DNA of 64,000 nucleotides from an uncultured Actinomycetes bacterium (GCA_963709345.1 CAVPVX010000002.1:128001-192000), one strand, 5' to 3'; positions 7,876-18,550 are shown, counted from the stretch's first letter. Notes: generated by a model from the sequence alone, not told the origin. Translations and numbers: made by a program.

Positions 7876-10710
7876 TCAATTCGCTGCCTGCTTTTTCACG
7901 ACGGCGCGCGCACCGGTGCGCGCCGTCTCAGTGATCCGGACCTTGCGCCGCTTGCCGAGATGCTGGCGGCCGCCCTCCACGATGACCATGTAGCCGTCAA
8001 CGTACCCGACCGCGTCGCGAGGACTGTAGGTGAGGCTGAACTCGAGCTCCACAGTGACTTCCTGACCCTCCCTGACGGGGATCCGCTGCTCCTGCACGTG
8101 TTCCACGCTGCCCTCGGCGATGACGCGGTACGACTCGACGGAGAGCGTGGTGCCGCCTTCGAGGAAGACGCGGCGCCCGATCTGCTTCTCGAGGCGCTTG
8201 AGGCGTGCTCCGCTGAGTCGCTCGGCCACTCCGCCGCTCACCTCGATCAGCCACGCCTTCGCCTGCGACTTACGCGCCAGGGCGCGGACCTTGCGCTCCA
8301 CGTTGAGCGCCATCGTCTCGTCGCTCAGAACGCGGGCCTTACCCGAGCAGACAGGACAGGCGCGGGTCATGATGCCCCTCGCGCCGTCGGTCGTGTTCTG
8401 GCGCGTCATCTCGATGAGGCCGAGCGGCGAGAGCTCGACCACGTAGGTCTTGGTGCGGTCCATCTCCAGCTCGGCCTCGAGCGTCGCCAGCACCATCTCG
8501 CGGTTCTTGGCGTGTGCCATGTCGATCGCGTCGATGATGATGATCCCACCGATGTCGCGCAGCCGCAGTTGGCGCACGACTTCGCGAGCCGCCTCGAGAT
8601 TCGTCTTGGTGATCGTGTCCTCGAGTCCTTTGCCGCGAGTGAAGCGCCCGGTGTTGACGTCGATCACCGTCAGGGCCTCGGCGTGATCGATCACGAGGTT
8701 GCCGCCGCTCGGCAACGGCACGCGGCGTTCGAGAGCCTGGGCGATCTGCACGTCGACGCCGTAGGCCTCGAAGAGCGGCTCGCTCCCCGTGTGCAGACGC
8801 ACCTTGGGCAGCAGCTCCGGGGCCTCCTTGTCGAGGAACGACAGGATGGCCTTGTGGCGCTTGGCGTCGTCGACGATCAGACTCTCGCAGGTGTCGTTGA
8901 AGAGGTCGCGCGTGACCTCGAGCGAGACGTCGACCTCTTTGTGCACCAGGCCCGGCGCCTTGACGGTCTCGGCCTTCTTCTTGAGGCGCGACCACAGCCG
9001 CGAGAGGTAGCGCATGTCGCGCCGCAGGTCCTCGAGGCCGTGTCCCTCGGCGATGGTCCGCACGATCAGGCCGGCGTTCTTCGGCTTGAGCTCCTTGGAG
9101 ATGTCGCGCAGGCGCTCCCGCTCGCTCTGGCGCAGGCGACGCGACACGCCCACGCCGCTCCCACCCGGCACGTAGACGAGGTAGCGTCCCGCCAGCGAGA
9201 TCTTGGTGCTCAGCCGGGCGCCCTTGTGACCCATGGGATCCTTGGTGACCTGGACGAGCACCTGCTGACCGTTCTTGAGCGCATCACCGATGCGGCGGGC
9301 GCGCTTCTCGCCCTCGGGCGTCGTCACCTCGTCGACGTAGAGGAACCCGTTCTTCTCGAGGCCGAAGTCGACGAACGCCGCGTCGATACCGTTCATCACG
9401 TTCTCGACCTTGCCCTGGTAGATGTCGCCCAGGTACGACTTCCTGTCGGGGCGCTCTATGTAGATCTCCGCCAGCCGGCCATCCTCGACCAGCGCCACCC
9501 GGAGCTCTTCTCCGTCGTCCGTCACGAGGATGATCTTCCGCTCCGGCTTCTCGGCGACGACGTCCGACCGCCGGCGCCCGAGCTCGACGGGGCCGTCGCT
9601 ACCGAAGCCGCTGCCCTCGTCCTGACGGACGATGGCCTTGGGACGGCGGTGATCGCGACGCCGCGATTTCGCCTCGTCGCCGGAGGGCGAGGGCTTCTTC
9701 CTGCCGCCGTCCGGCTTGTCGCTCGCTGCGGCCGCGTCGCCGGCGGCCGGCGCCGTCGCCTCCGCGCCGACGACTGCGGGCTCACGCCGGCCGCGGCCAC
9801 TGCGCCCTCCTCGGCGCCGGCGCGTCGCCGAGCTCTCGCCCTCGCGGGCGGCGTCCGCCTGATCCCCGCCGACGCCGTCGCCGGGCGTCTCCACGATCTC
9901 CGCCGCCTCATCGCCCTTCGCCGGCTCACCGGCGGCCTCTTCGGCCTCCCGGGTGACCTCTTCGTGCTGGATCTCCACTTCCTTCTTCCGGCGACGACCT
10001 CCGCGGCTACCACGCCGCCGGCGCTTCGCCGGCGACTCCCCGCCGGCTGCGGACACGACGGCGCCCCCAGCTGCGGCGCCTTCGGCAGCGGTCGCCTCAG
10101 CGTCCCCCTTTCGAGACACCGCGTCTCCGGTCTCTGTCTTGCGACCTCTCTCAGGCGGGACCTGCCCTGCGACGGCTGCGGCGTCAGCACCGGCGGGCAT
10201 CGTCTCGCGCGGCGCGGAGCCGCCGGCCTCCGGCTCGGCGATCACGCTCCGCGACCGGGGGCGCGAGCGCGCCCGGCGGCTGCGCCTGACCGGCGCTTCC
10301 TTCTGCTCCCCCGTTGCGCGGTCGTCGCCGGCCGGCGACGCCGGCGCGGGCGCCGCGGGCGTGGTGACTGCCGGAGCACCGGCGGTCCGACCTCCGCCTG
10401 CGGCCCCGACCGGGATCAGGGGCGCGGTCGGCAGAGCATCCAGCGCGCCCCTCGCATCCTTCCGGGCTGAACCGTCCTCACCCGTCGGGGCAGGGGTCGA
10501 CGAGGCGGCCTCCCGCTCCGCGGACACGGCGCCGGCGGCCGGCCGCTTGTGGCGCCGGCCTCCGCGCGTACCCCTCCGCCGTCGCGCCGCCGGCGCCGAG
10601 CTTCCCGCCGCCGCGTCGCCGACGGACGAGCTCGTCGGCGCTTCGGATGCGGTCTTGTCTGTGGAGGCGGCCTTCGGCTTCTCGCCGCCGTCGTTCTCCG
10701 CTCTGGTCAC
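7876..10710 (-). CDS. rne: ribonuclease E/G with long disordered N-terminus and C-terminal TRAM domain
   Basis: AAFVDFGLEKNGFL, IDVNTG, QLRLRDIGGIIIID, CPVC motif; GTG 10710 overlaps upstream stop. Confidence 0.93.
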   Translation of the reverse strand: MTRAENDGGEKPKAASTDKTASEAPTSSSVGDAAAGSSAPAARRRRGTRGGRRHKRPAAGAVSAEREAASSTPAPTGEDGSARKDARGALDALPTAPLIPVGAAGGGRTAGAPAVTTPAAPAPASPAGDDRATGEQKEAPVRRSRRARSRPRSRSVIAEPEAGGSAPRETMPAGADAAAVAGQVPPERGRKTETGDAVSRKGDAEATAAEGAAAGGAVVSAAGGESPAKRRRRGSRGGRRRKKEVEIQHEEVTREAEEAAGEPAKGDEAAEIVETPGDGVGGDQADAAREGESSATRRRRGGRSGRGRREPAVVGAEATAPAAGDAAAASDKPDGGRKKPSPSGDEAKSRRRDHRRPKAIVRQDEGSGFGSDGPVELGRRRSDVVAEKPERKIILVTDDGEELRVALVEDGRLAEIYIERPDRKSYLGDIYQGKVENVMNGIDAAFVDFGLEKNGFLYVDEVTTPEGEKRARRIGDALKNGQQVLVQVTKDPMGHKGARLSTKISLAGRYLVYVPGGSGVGVSRRLRQSERERLRDISKELKPKNAGLIVRTIAEGHGLEDLRRDMRYLSRLWSRLKKKAETVKAPGLVHKEVDVSLEVTRDLFNDTCESLIVDDAKRHKAILSFLDKEAPELLPKVRLHTGSEPLFEAYGVDVQIAQALERRVPLPSGGNLVIDHAEALTVIDVNTGRFTRGKGLEDTITKTNLEAAREVVRQLRLRDIGGIIIIDAIDMAHAKNREMVLATLEAELEMDRTKTYVVELSPLGLIEMTRQNTTDGARGIMTRACPVCSGKARVLSDETMALNVERKVRALARKSQAKAWLIEVSGGVAERLSGARLKRLEKQIGRRVFLEGGTTLSVESYRVIAEGSVEHVQEQRIPVREGQEVTVELEFSLTYSPRDAVGYVDGYMVIVEGGRQHLGKRRKVRITETARTGARAVVKKQAAN

Positions 10711-11396
10711 GAAGACACACTCCTTCCATCTCCAGCGCCGTGCGCCGGAGGCATCTCGTCCCAAACGATGCGACGGCGCTCCAGGCCACACATCGCCGGT
10801 TCGACCTCCGCCCAGCGGGCGATCAGGTCGACGAATTCCTGTGGACGAGCGGCGCCGTCGGCCCGATAGGCGATGGTGAACCCCAAACGGGCTCCATCGG
10901 CGACGGGGTCGACGGTGATGTCGCTCACATACTCCTTCAGATCCAGGCGTCTCTCGCCCTTGGGCGAGACACGCACGCAGATCGCGTGATCCTCATTGCC
11001 GTAGCGTTCGACGGCAGCCTGCAAGGCGCCTGCGTCCCCGGTGATCACACAGGCGTACTCGGCAGCCTTCGGCTGCGGCCTGGGATGGCGCTCGCCGACG
11101 CCCTCCAGGCACTCGACGACGACGCCGGGCGGACTCGCGGCGCGTAGGGCACGCAGCGTCTCGGACGTCAGCCGCACCTCGTCGGGCACTTCGACGACGG
11201 CCAACTCCCGCAGGCCGGCCGCGCCCACGGGCAGCGGCAACGGCAGCGAGATCCGCGGCTTCGGGCGCATGCCTTGCGACAGGGCGATGGGTACGCCGGC
11301 GCGCGCAAAGGTGCGTTGCACGACGCGCGCCGTGTCGAGATGCGAGAGATACCGCGCGGATCCGCCGCGGGAGAAGGTGACGAGCCACCAGCTCAT
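10707..11396 (-). CDS. radical SAM-associated protein (DUF2344/TIGR03936-like)
   Basis: ARYLSHLD...SQGMRPKPRIS..PLPVG; coupled to upstream radical SAM gene. Confidence 0.85.
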   Translation of the reverse strand: MSWWLVTFSRGGSARYLSHLDTARVVQRTFARAGVPIALSQGMRPKPRISLPLPLPVGAAGLRELAVVEVPDEVRLTSETLRALRAASPPGVVVECLEGVGERHPRPQPKAAEYACVITGDAGALQAAVERYGNEDHAICVRVSPKGERRLDLKEYVSDITVDPVADGARLGFTIAYRADGAARPQEFVDLIARWAEVEPAMCGLERRRIVWDEMPPAHGAGDGRSVSS

Positions 11397-13159
11397 CCCA
11401 GCACCTCCATCGCGATACCGCCGCCGCAGACGCCGCACGCGACGCACTCCCCGTCGCGGCAGTCGGGCGTCAACTCGCCCTCGCGACCGCGCGCCAGCTC
11501 GCCGGCGAGGAACGACTCCGTCAGGCCCGCGTCCACCGCGGTCGCCCACGAGGCGGCGCCGTCGAATGCGCCGAGCGCGACGCCGGACGCCGCTGCGGCT
11601 GCTTCCCAACGCCGCGGATCGAACCACTCGCTCCAGCCGTCGAAGCGCGCCCCGAGCCTCCAGGCCGCCTCGACGAGCCGGTCGCTGCCGGGACCGCCAC
11701 GAGCAAGGGACGCCTCCACCGTCGAGGCCCCTACGTCGTGGAACGAGGTGCGCACACCCCGCGGCATGAGCTCGCGCAGCAGGGACTGGCGATGCCGCAG
11801 CGTCTCGGCTCCGGCAAAGGGCTCCAACTCGTACGGCGTGTGCGGCTTGGGGATGTATGAGGAAACGGAGACGGACAGCCGGGCGCGGCCGCGCGCGATC
11901 TCCCTGGCGAGGCGAGCGGCCGTCGCGGTCATGCGGGCGATCCCGCGCACGTCGTCGTCGGTCTCGCCCGGCAGCCCGATCATGAAGTACAGCTTGAGTC
12001 CGGTGAACCCGCCGGCGAACGTCGCCCTCACCGCGTCTTCGAACTGCGTCTCGTCCACGCCCTTGTTGATCGCGTCGCGCAGCTGCTGCGTGCCGGCTTC
12101 GGGGGCGAGCGTGACGGAACCGCGCTGGTCGGCGGCGAAACGCGACAGACTGTCGGCCGCGGAGTCGATACGCAGCGAGGGGAGCGACACGCGCAGGCCG
12201 GGGCGCAGCGCCCTGATGCGCCTCAGCGCGTCCTCGACCCCGCTGTAGTCGCAGGAGCTGAGCGAGAGCAGCGAGACCTCGTCGCAGCCGGTCTCGTCGA
12301 GCAGCCGGTCGGCAGCGTCCACGACGAGTTCGACCGGCCGCTCCCGGACCGGCCGGTACCACATGCCGGCCTGGCAGAAGCGGCAGCCGGCAGTGCAGCC
12401 GCGCATGACCTCGACCACGGCGCGGTCGTGGACCGCCTCGAGCACGGGAACGATGGGGCGAAGCACCGGCGGGCTCGCCGAGAACCCCATGAAGATCTGG
12501 CGCTCCGCCGGTCCGCCGCCGCTCCCCGGCAGCCACACGCCGGGCACCTCGCCCAGCGCCGCAAGCCTTCCCCGCCGGTCCGGCAGACCCAGGGCGGCGA
12601 CGATCGCGTCCAGGCGATGCTCCACTTCGCCGACGAAGAAGGCGTCGAAGAACGGCGCCAGCGGCCATGGGTTCGCCGCAGCCGGTCCGCCGCCGAGCAC
12701 GATCGGGTCTCCCTCACCGCGCTCGACGGCGTGCAGCGGCACGCGCGCCAGATCGAGCATCTCGAGAACGTTCGTGTAGCACAGTTCGTGCGGAAGCGTG
12801 ATGCCCCAGAGGTCGCAGCCGGCGACCGGGGCCATCGTCTCGAGGGACCACAGCGGCACGCCGGAGGCGCGCATCAGGTCGGCCATGTCCGGCCACGGGC
12901 AATACGTCCGCTCGGCCGCGGCCGGCGTCGTGTCGTTCATCTGGCTGTAGAGGATCTGGAGAGCGGGGTTCGATACCCCGATCTCGTAGACGTCCGGGTA
13001 GGAGAGGACGACACGGGGACGTGCTCCGGGCTTCGCACGGGTGTTGAACTCACCACCCGTGTAGCGCCCGGGGCGCGACACACGCGCCAGTAGTCTCGCT
13101 ATTTCATCCGGAGGCCAGTCTCCGCAGCGGCCCGGGGATCCGGGAGCGTGCTCGTTCAA
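11393..13159 (-). CDS. B12-binding radical SAM protein (TIGR03960-like)
   Basis: RPGRYTGGE, YPDVYEIG, RGCTAGCRFCQAG (CxxxCxxC), APEAG, KLYFMIGLP; start (TTG 13159) uncertain. Confidence 0.88.
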   Translation of the reverse strand: MNEHAPGSPGRCGDWPPDEIARLLARVSRPGRYTGGEFNTRAKPGARPRVVLSYPDVYEIGVSNPALQILYSQMNDTTPAAAERTYCPWPDMADLMRASGVPLWSLETMAPVAGCDLWGITLPHELCYTNVLEMLDLARVPLHAVERGEGDPIVLGGGPAAANPWPLAPFFDAFFVGEVEHRLDAIVAALGLPDRRGRLAALGEVPGVWLPGSGGGPAERQIFMGFSASPPVLRPIVPVLEAVHDRAVVEVMRGCTAGCRFCQAGMWYRPVRERPVELVVDAADRLLDETGCDEVSLLSLSSCDYSGVEDALRRIRALRPGLRVSLPSLRIDSAADSLSRFAADQRGSVTLAPEAGTQQLRDAINKGVDETQFEDAVRATFAGGFTGLKLYFMIGLPGETDDDVRGIARMTATAARLAREIARGRARLSVSVSSYIPKPHTPYELEPFAGAETLRHRQSLLRELMPRGVRTSFHDVGASTVEASLARGGPGSDRLVEAAWRLGARFDGWSEWFDPRRWEAAAAASGVALGAFDGAASWATAVDAGLTESFLAGELARGREGELTPDCRDGECVACGVCGGGIAMEVLG

Positions 13160-14024
13160 CTTGACGGTTGATCCTTTGTATGCGCGAGACGCGGAGCGGC
13201 GCTCCCGCCTCGAAGTACGCGATGGCGGCCTGGCCGAGCGCGATCGTACCCGAGAATCCGACGGCGCCCTTGACGGCCCAGCCGAATCCCGGCACGAAAT
13301 CGAGCGCCTGGCGCGCCAGCGTGCGGAGGACGAATCCCGTGCCCACGATCGAGAGGATCTCGAGCGCCCTGTCGAGGCCGAGTTCCTCGCCGTAGGCATG
13401 GGCGATCTTGAGCACCATGCGGATCTGATTGGCCGTCATCGCCGGCATGTCCGCCCCCGGGATGATGACGACGACGCCGATGACGCCGTTCTGGGCGGCG
13501 TTGGCGAGTACCACATGATCACAGTAGGCGCGGCGGATGGACGGCAGGCTCAGCGCGAGGGCGCCGGCGGCGTCCCCGGCGGCGTCGATGAGGCGATTCT
13601 CCAAGGTCGGTTTGCCGGCAGGCGTGACGCCCACCCCACGAGCGATCTCGTCGTCGAAGAACCCGGCTTCGCTGACCCACACATCCGCGTCGTGACCGGT
13701 GACGAGAGCGATGACCCTGCAGCCGGCGCGCCGGGCCGCGTGTACGACCGGCGCAGCTTCCGCGGCGGCACACCCGGCCGCGACCGCGACGACGATGTCC
13801 CACCGGCCGGCGAGCGCCGGGTCGCGCGGGAAATCCGTGGGGGCGAGCGCATCGAGCGCGGCCGAGACGCCGCTCTGCTCGTCCGCGGCGCCCACGGACA
13901 CAGCGGCGACCACGTGAGCCAACTCGGGTCCGCAGCCGACGACGCAGAGCCTCGGCGGCGTCTCCGTGCCTCGCGCGTCGGTGACGGCTTTGACGATCTT
14001 CGAGAGCTTCAGTTTACTGGCCAA
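13104..14024 (-). CDS. DUF697/YcjF-like membrane-associated protein
   Basis: IPGADMPAMTANQIRMVLKIAHAYGEELG...PGFGWAVKGAVG pattern. Confidence 0.7.
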   Translation of the reverse strand: MASKLKLSKIVKAVTDARGTETPPRLCVVGCGPELAHVVAAVSVGAADEQSGVSAALDALAPTDFPRDPALAGRWDIVVAVAAGCAAAEAAPVVHAARRAGCRVIALVTGHDADVWVSEAGFFDDEIARGVGVTPAGKPTLENRLIDAAGDAAGALALSLPSIRRAYCDHVVLANAAQNGVIGVVVIIPGADMPAMTANQIRMVLKIAHAYGEELGLDRALEILSIVGTGFVLRTLARQALDFVPGFGWAVKGAVGFSGTIALGQAAIAYFEAGAPLRVSRIQRINRQVERARSRIPGPLRRLASG

Positions 14025-15162
14025 GCCGCCCCCTCGTGCCGGGAGTGATCGCCGCCCGCAGATGGATCGCCTCGAGCAGGCCGACGAAGATCAGGAACGC
14101 GATCATCGCGGTACCACCATAGCTTACGAAGGGCAGAGGGATACCGGTCACCGGCATGATACCAATCGTCATGCCGATGTTCACGAACACCTGGAACAGG
14201 ATCATGAGGGCGACGCCCCCGGCGAGGATGCTGCCGTACATGTCGCGCGCCACCACGGCGATGCGCAGAGCGCGCCAGATGAACAACGCATAGAGCACGA
14301 GCAGGACACTCGCGCCGAGAAAGCCGTTGCGCTCGCTGATCACCGCGAAGATGAAGTCGGTGTGGTGCTCGGGCAGGAAGTCGAGCGTCGTCTGCGTCGC
14401 CATGTCACCGCGTCCGGCAAGAGCCCCCGAGCCGACCGCGATCATGGACTGGATCACGTTGTAGCCGGCCACACCCGGGTCGTGCCCGGGATTGATGAAC
14501 ACGAAGAGTCGGTCGATCTGGTACTGGTGGATCAGGTTGATGCCGGCCATGGGCAGTACCTTCAAGGCGACGACGAAGGCTCCGAGACCGGTCCCCGCGA
14601 GGACGGCGAAGTGCGTCCACGACGTGCCGTAGAAGAAGAGCATCGCCAGGGTGAGCATGACCATGGCCATCGCCGACCCGAAGTCCGGCTCCTGATAGAC
14701 GAGGAGCGCCGGCAGCGCGACAAGGGCGAGGGCGACCAGCGTGATCCGCTTCGACCCGAGCATGTCCATCCGGTCGGCGAGAAAGGCGCCGATGCTCAGA
14801 GCCAGCAGGAGCAGCGCGGCGGCCGAAGGCTGGAAGCGCGTGAAGCCGAGGTCGATCCAGCGCGTCGCGCCGTTCACGACCTCGCCGAGGGGCAGCACGA
14901 GGGCGACGATCAGGACGGCGATGGCATAGAGCAGCCACTGGAAGCGCCGGTAGAGCTCGTAGTCGAGCACCGACGCCACGAGCGCCAGCACGACGCCAAC
15001 GGCCACGGCGATGAGTTGCTGGCGCACGAAGTAGAGAGGGGCGCCGGCAACATCCTCGCGCGTTGCGAAGTAGATCATCGTGATGCCGTAGGTGATCAAC
15101 CCGGCCGTCGCCAGGATCAGCAGGTAGTCGAGATGCCTCAGGTAGGAGCGCCAGTCGGGCAC
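14014..15162 (-). CDS. rodA: rod shape-determining SEDS protein RodA
   Basis: GATRWI, QPS, EPDFG, LPEHHTDFIFAV, GIMPVTGIPLPFVSYGG. Confidence 0.96.
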   Translation of the reverse strand: MPDWRSYLRHLDYLLILATAGLITYGITMIYFATREDVAGAPLYFVRQQLIAVAVGVVLALVASVLDYELYRRFQWLLYAIAVLIVALVLPLGEVVNGATRWIDLGFTRFQPSAAALLLLALSIGAFLADRMDMLGSKRITLVALALVALPALLVYQEPDFGSAMAMVMLTLAMLFFYGTSWTHFAVLAGTGLGAFVVALKVLPMAGINLIHQYQIDRLFVFINPGHDPGVAGYNVIQSMIAVGSGALAGRGDMATQTTLDFLPEHHTDFIFAVISERNGFLGASVLLVLYALFIWRALRIAVVARDMYGSILAGGVALMILFQVFVNIGMTIGIMPVTGIPLPFVSYGGTAMIAFLIFVGLLEAIHLRAAITPGTRGRLGQ

Positions 15163-15163
15163 G

Positions 15164-17191
15164 TCAGTCGCTCCTGACCGGGCCGATGACCTTGTCGCTC
15201 TTCACGTGGAAGAGGCTGTCGTAGATCATCCGAGTGGCCGGGGCGGCGACGGTGCCCCCGTGCCCCCCCTTCTCGATCATGACGACGACCACGTATTTGG
15301 GGTCGCCGGCCGGTGCGTAGCTCGCGTACCACGCGTAGTCGACGTACCGGCCGTCGTCCCAGACCTCCGCGGTGCCGGTCTTGCCGGCTACCGTCACGTC
15401 ATACCCGGCGAACACCGCCGCGGACGTGCCCGAGGACGAGTTGGCGGCCTCGTGGAGCCCACGCTGCACGAGGCCGAGGGTGCTCCCGGAGATGTCGATC
15501 TTCTTCTTCGAGCGCGGCGCCAGGTCACGCACGGTCTTCCCGGCCGCGTCGGTGATCTTGAGACCCAGATGAGGGGTCACGATCCGCCCACCGTTGGCGA
15601 TCGCCGCGTACGTGACCGCCAGCTGCAGGGGGGTCGCCTCGAGATCCCCCTGGCCAATGGCGAGGTTGATGGAGTTGCCCGGTGTCCAGACCTTGTCGAC
15701 CTCACTCTCGAAGTAGGACTGGCGCCACGCCGGGGTCGGCACGCGGCCGGCGACCTCCCCGGGGATGTCGACCCCGGTCTCCTTGCCCATGCCGAGCCGG
15801 ACGGCCCAGTCGGCCAGCTCGGTGCCCTGACGGAGGTAGAAGCGATAACCCAGGTTGTAGAAGTAGACGTCGCACGACTGCGTGAGCGCGCCGACCAGGC
15901 TCAGGCTACCGTGGCCGTCCTTGGCCCAGCACCCCCACACCGCCTCGTCCCAGGCGATCGGCGGCTTGTAGCTTCCGTCGCAGAAGAACGACTCGTAGGG
16001 GGTGACCACGCCTTCCTCGAGACCGGCGATCGCGTCGACGACCTTGAAGGTGGAACCGACGGCCTTGGCGGACTGGACGGCGCGGTTGAACAGCGGTGTG
16101 TTGCGGCGCGGGTCGCGGTACTTCTTGTAGTCTTTGACGCTGATCCCCCCCACCCACTCGCTCGGCGAGAAGCTCGGATAGCTGGCCATGCCGAGGATCT
16201 GCCCGTTGCGCGCGTCGAGCACGACGGCGGCCCCTCCGTTGGCCTCGTACTTGCCGTCCCGGTACGCCAGGCTGATGCCCTCGCGGAGAGCCCGCTCGGC
16301 GGCAGCCTGCACCTTGCCGTCGATCGTCGTGACCAGCGTATGACCCGGCTCGGGAAGGCGGCCGCCGGAAACCGGGTCGCTCTGCTTCGGCTGCCCGAAA
16401 GCGTCGACCTCGATCTTGGCGATGCCGTCACGCCCACGCAGCCACTTGTCGTAGGTCCACTCCAGCCCGGCCTGTCCCACCACGTCGCCGGCCTTGTATC
16501 CCTTGAAGTGCTGATCCTTCAGCTGCTCCCTCGAGACCTCCCCCAGATTCCCGAGTACGTGGGCGGCCAGCCGCCCCTGCGGGTAGGAACGAAGGTAGTT
16601 CTTGTGGATTTCGACGCCGGGGAAGCTGTCGGTGCGCTCGAGGAGATACGAGACGACGCGCTTGCCGACATCTTCCTTGACGACGATGAGGTCGAGGCTC
16701 ACGCCCCTGCCGGCGACGATGTTCTCCCACGTCAGCGGGATCTCAAGTGGCCAGCTCGGCCGCAGGTGGTCCTTGATCCTGGTACGGATGGCCGCCGGCC
16801 GCGTGCGCAGCACGCGGCCGAGACGAACGACCTGGGCGTCGAGTTCGCCCTCGGGCACGTCCATGAGGCGGACGCCGACCGCAAGACCCGGCCGGTTCTC
16901 GACGATGACCTCGCCGTGCCGGTCGACGATCGCGCCCCGCGGCGCGGCCACCTTCATCGAGCGCAGGCGATTGTTGTTGGCCTGCGCCTCGAACTCCTCC
17001 CCGCTCAGGATCTGCAGGAACCAGAGCCGGAAGAGCACGACGCCTAAGAGTACGGCGGCGATGCCGATGACGACCGCGACGCGCAGCGCGATGGAGGGCA
17101 GGTGGATGATCGGCTTATCTCGACGGCCGGTCCGTATGGGCCGCTCGCGGCGGCCCGGGTCGTTACCGAGCACCTGCAACACGGAGATCAC
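15164..17191 (-). CDS. mrdA: penicillin-binding protein 2
   Basis: APRGAIVDR, STFK, SCD, KTGTAE motifs; in mre operon. Confidence 0.94.
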   Translation of the reverse strand: MISVLQVLGNDPGRRERPIRTGRRDKPIIHLPSIALRVAVVIGIAAVLLGVVLFRLWFLQILSGEEFEAQANNNRLRSMKVAAPRGAIVDRHGEVIVENRPGLAVGVRLMDVPEGELDAQVVRLGRVLRTRPAAIRTRIKDHLRPSWPLEIPLTWENIVAGRGVSLDLIVVKEDVGKRVVSYLLERTDSFPGVEIHKNYLRSYPQGRLAAHVLGNLGEVSREQLKDQHFKGYKAGDVVGQAGLEWTYDKWLRGRDGIAKIEVDAFGQPKQSDPVSGGRLPEPGHTLVTTIDGKVQAAAERALREGISLAYRDGKYEANGGAAVVLDARNGQILGMASYPSFSPSEWVGGISVKDYKKYRDPRRNTPLFNRAVQSAKAVGSTFKVVDAIAGLEEGVVTPYESFFCDGSYKPPIAWDEAVWGCWAKDGHGSLSLVGALTQSCDVYFYNLGYRFYLRQGTELADWAVRLGMGKETGVDIPGEVAGRVPTPAWRQSYFESEVDKVWTPGNSINLAIGQGDLEATPLQLAVTYAAIANGGRIVTPHLGLKITDAAGKTVRDLAPRSKKKIDISGSTLGLVQRGLHEAANSSSGTSAAVFAGYDVTVAGKTGTAEVWDDGRYVDYAWYASYAPAGDPKYVVVVMIEKGGHGGTVAAPATRMIYDSLFHVKSDKVIGPVRSD

Positions 17192-17723
17192 CAGTTCCTC
17201 TCAGCCAGATGCGCACGACAAGGTAGAGCGGCGCGGCCAGCAGGGTGTTGAGCACGACAGATGGCGCCAGCACGCGCCCGATGAAGAAGCCCAGAGGGAC
17301 CTCGCGCGCAAGGAGGAACTGGGTCACCGCCAGCAAGACGTTCGCGAGCACGGTCGCCGCGAAGACGCTGAGCAGCGGAGCGAAGCCCGCGGTAAGGTCG
17401 GCCGTCTCTGCGTAGCGCCCGGCGAGGAATCCGACGAGGACGAACACGAAGGCGCTCAACCCGAAGGGCTCCATGAGCGCGATCGCCGTGAACATCCCCG
17501 TGAGAAAACCGAACACGGCGCCGATCTCGGAGCCCTTCACGAGCGCCACGCAGACGACGATGATGAGCGCGAAGTCGGGGTACGCGCCGAGCAGGCGCAG
17601 ATGAGGCGCCACGGTCGTCTGCAGGAGCGTCGCCACGAGCAGCGCCACAGCCAGCTTGGCGACCTCGACCCATGTCGGCCACTCGAACGCCGAGGTGTCG
17701 GAGACGGTTCGGGTCAGCCTCAT
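17163..17723 (-). CDS. mreD: rod shape-determining protein MreD
   Basis: Hydrophobic, PDFALIIV..GAVFGFLTG; ATGA overlap with mreC. Confidence 0.88.
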   Translation of the reverse strand: MRLTRTVSDTSAFEWPTWVEVAKLAVALLVATLLQTTVAPHLRLLGAYPDFALIIVVCVALVKGSEIGAVFGFLTGMFTAIALMEPFGLSAFVFVLVGFLAGRYAETADLTAGFAPLLSVFAATVLANVLLAVTQFLLAREVPLGFFIGRVLAPSVVLNTLLAAPLYLVVRIWLRGTGDLRVAGAR

Positions 17724-18550
17724 CTGACGACCACCTGGACGAGGTCGAGCTTGCGGAAGTCGACGAATGGGCGCACGGCGATGCTCTGGTACAACTCGAC
17801 CTCCTGGGAGCCGACGCTCTCGACGACCCCGATGGGGATGCCCCGGACGAACACGGAGCCGCTGCGCCCCGACGTCACCACGTACTGGCCCACCTTCACC
17901 TTCTCGTTCTTGTCCACGTACTCGAGCGTCACATCGCCGGTCACGCTGCCGCCGACGATGCCCTGTGCGCCACCGGGCTCGACCATCGCGTCGACGAAAC
18001 TCTGCTGGTCAGTGACGAGCATGACCTGGGCCGCGTTCGCGCTGACCTTCGTGACGCGGCCCACGAGGCCGGCTCCGCACACCACCGGGTCGTATACGTC
18101 GACGCCGGCGCCGCTCCCGACGTTGATCGTCACGGTCGAGTACCAGGAGCTGGTCGAGCGAGCGACGACGCGCGCCGTGACCAGCTCCACACCGGCTGGG
18201 AAGATCTTGTCCTCCTGAAGAGCGACGAGGCCACGAAGCTGATCGTTCTCGGCCTGGGTGGTCAGCTCTCTGGCGAGGCCGGCCCGCAGACGCTCGACCT
18301 CCTTCTTGAGCGCCCTGTTCTCCGACTTGGCGCTGAACAGGTCGCCGACCCAGTTCCAGCCGTCGCGGAACGGCTTGGTGACGCGCGCCGTGCCGCTTTG
18401 CATCGGCGACACGACGCGCAGCACCCCATCCTGGACGCCGCGTGCGAACCCGCTGTCGGATTCGCGGAAGTAGAGCGTGAGCAGAGCGACGGAGAGGAGC
18501 AGCAACACACCCACCACGATCCGCCGCCGGAGTGCGCGCCGGCGATTCAC
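17720..18550 (-). CDS. mreC: rod shape-determining protein MreC
   Basis: TM, coiled coil ENDQLR, GLVGRV, VVTSG, GIPIG. Confidence 0.93.
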   Translation of the reverse strand: MNRRRALRRRIVVGVLLLLSVALLTLYFRESDSGFARGVQDGVLRVVSPMQSGTARVTKPFRDGWNWVGDLFSAKSENRALKKEVERLRAGLARELTTQAENDQLRGLVALQEDKIFPAGVELVTARVVARSTSSWYSTVTINVGSGAGVDVYDPVVCGAGLVGRVTKVSANAAQVMLVTDQQSFVDAMVEPGGAQGIVGGSVTGDVTLEYVDKNEKVKVGQYVVTSGRSGSVFVRGIPIGVVESVGSQEVELYQSIAVRPFVDFRKLDLVQVVVR

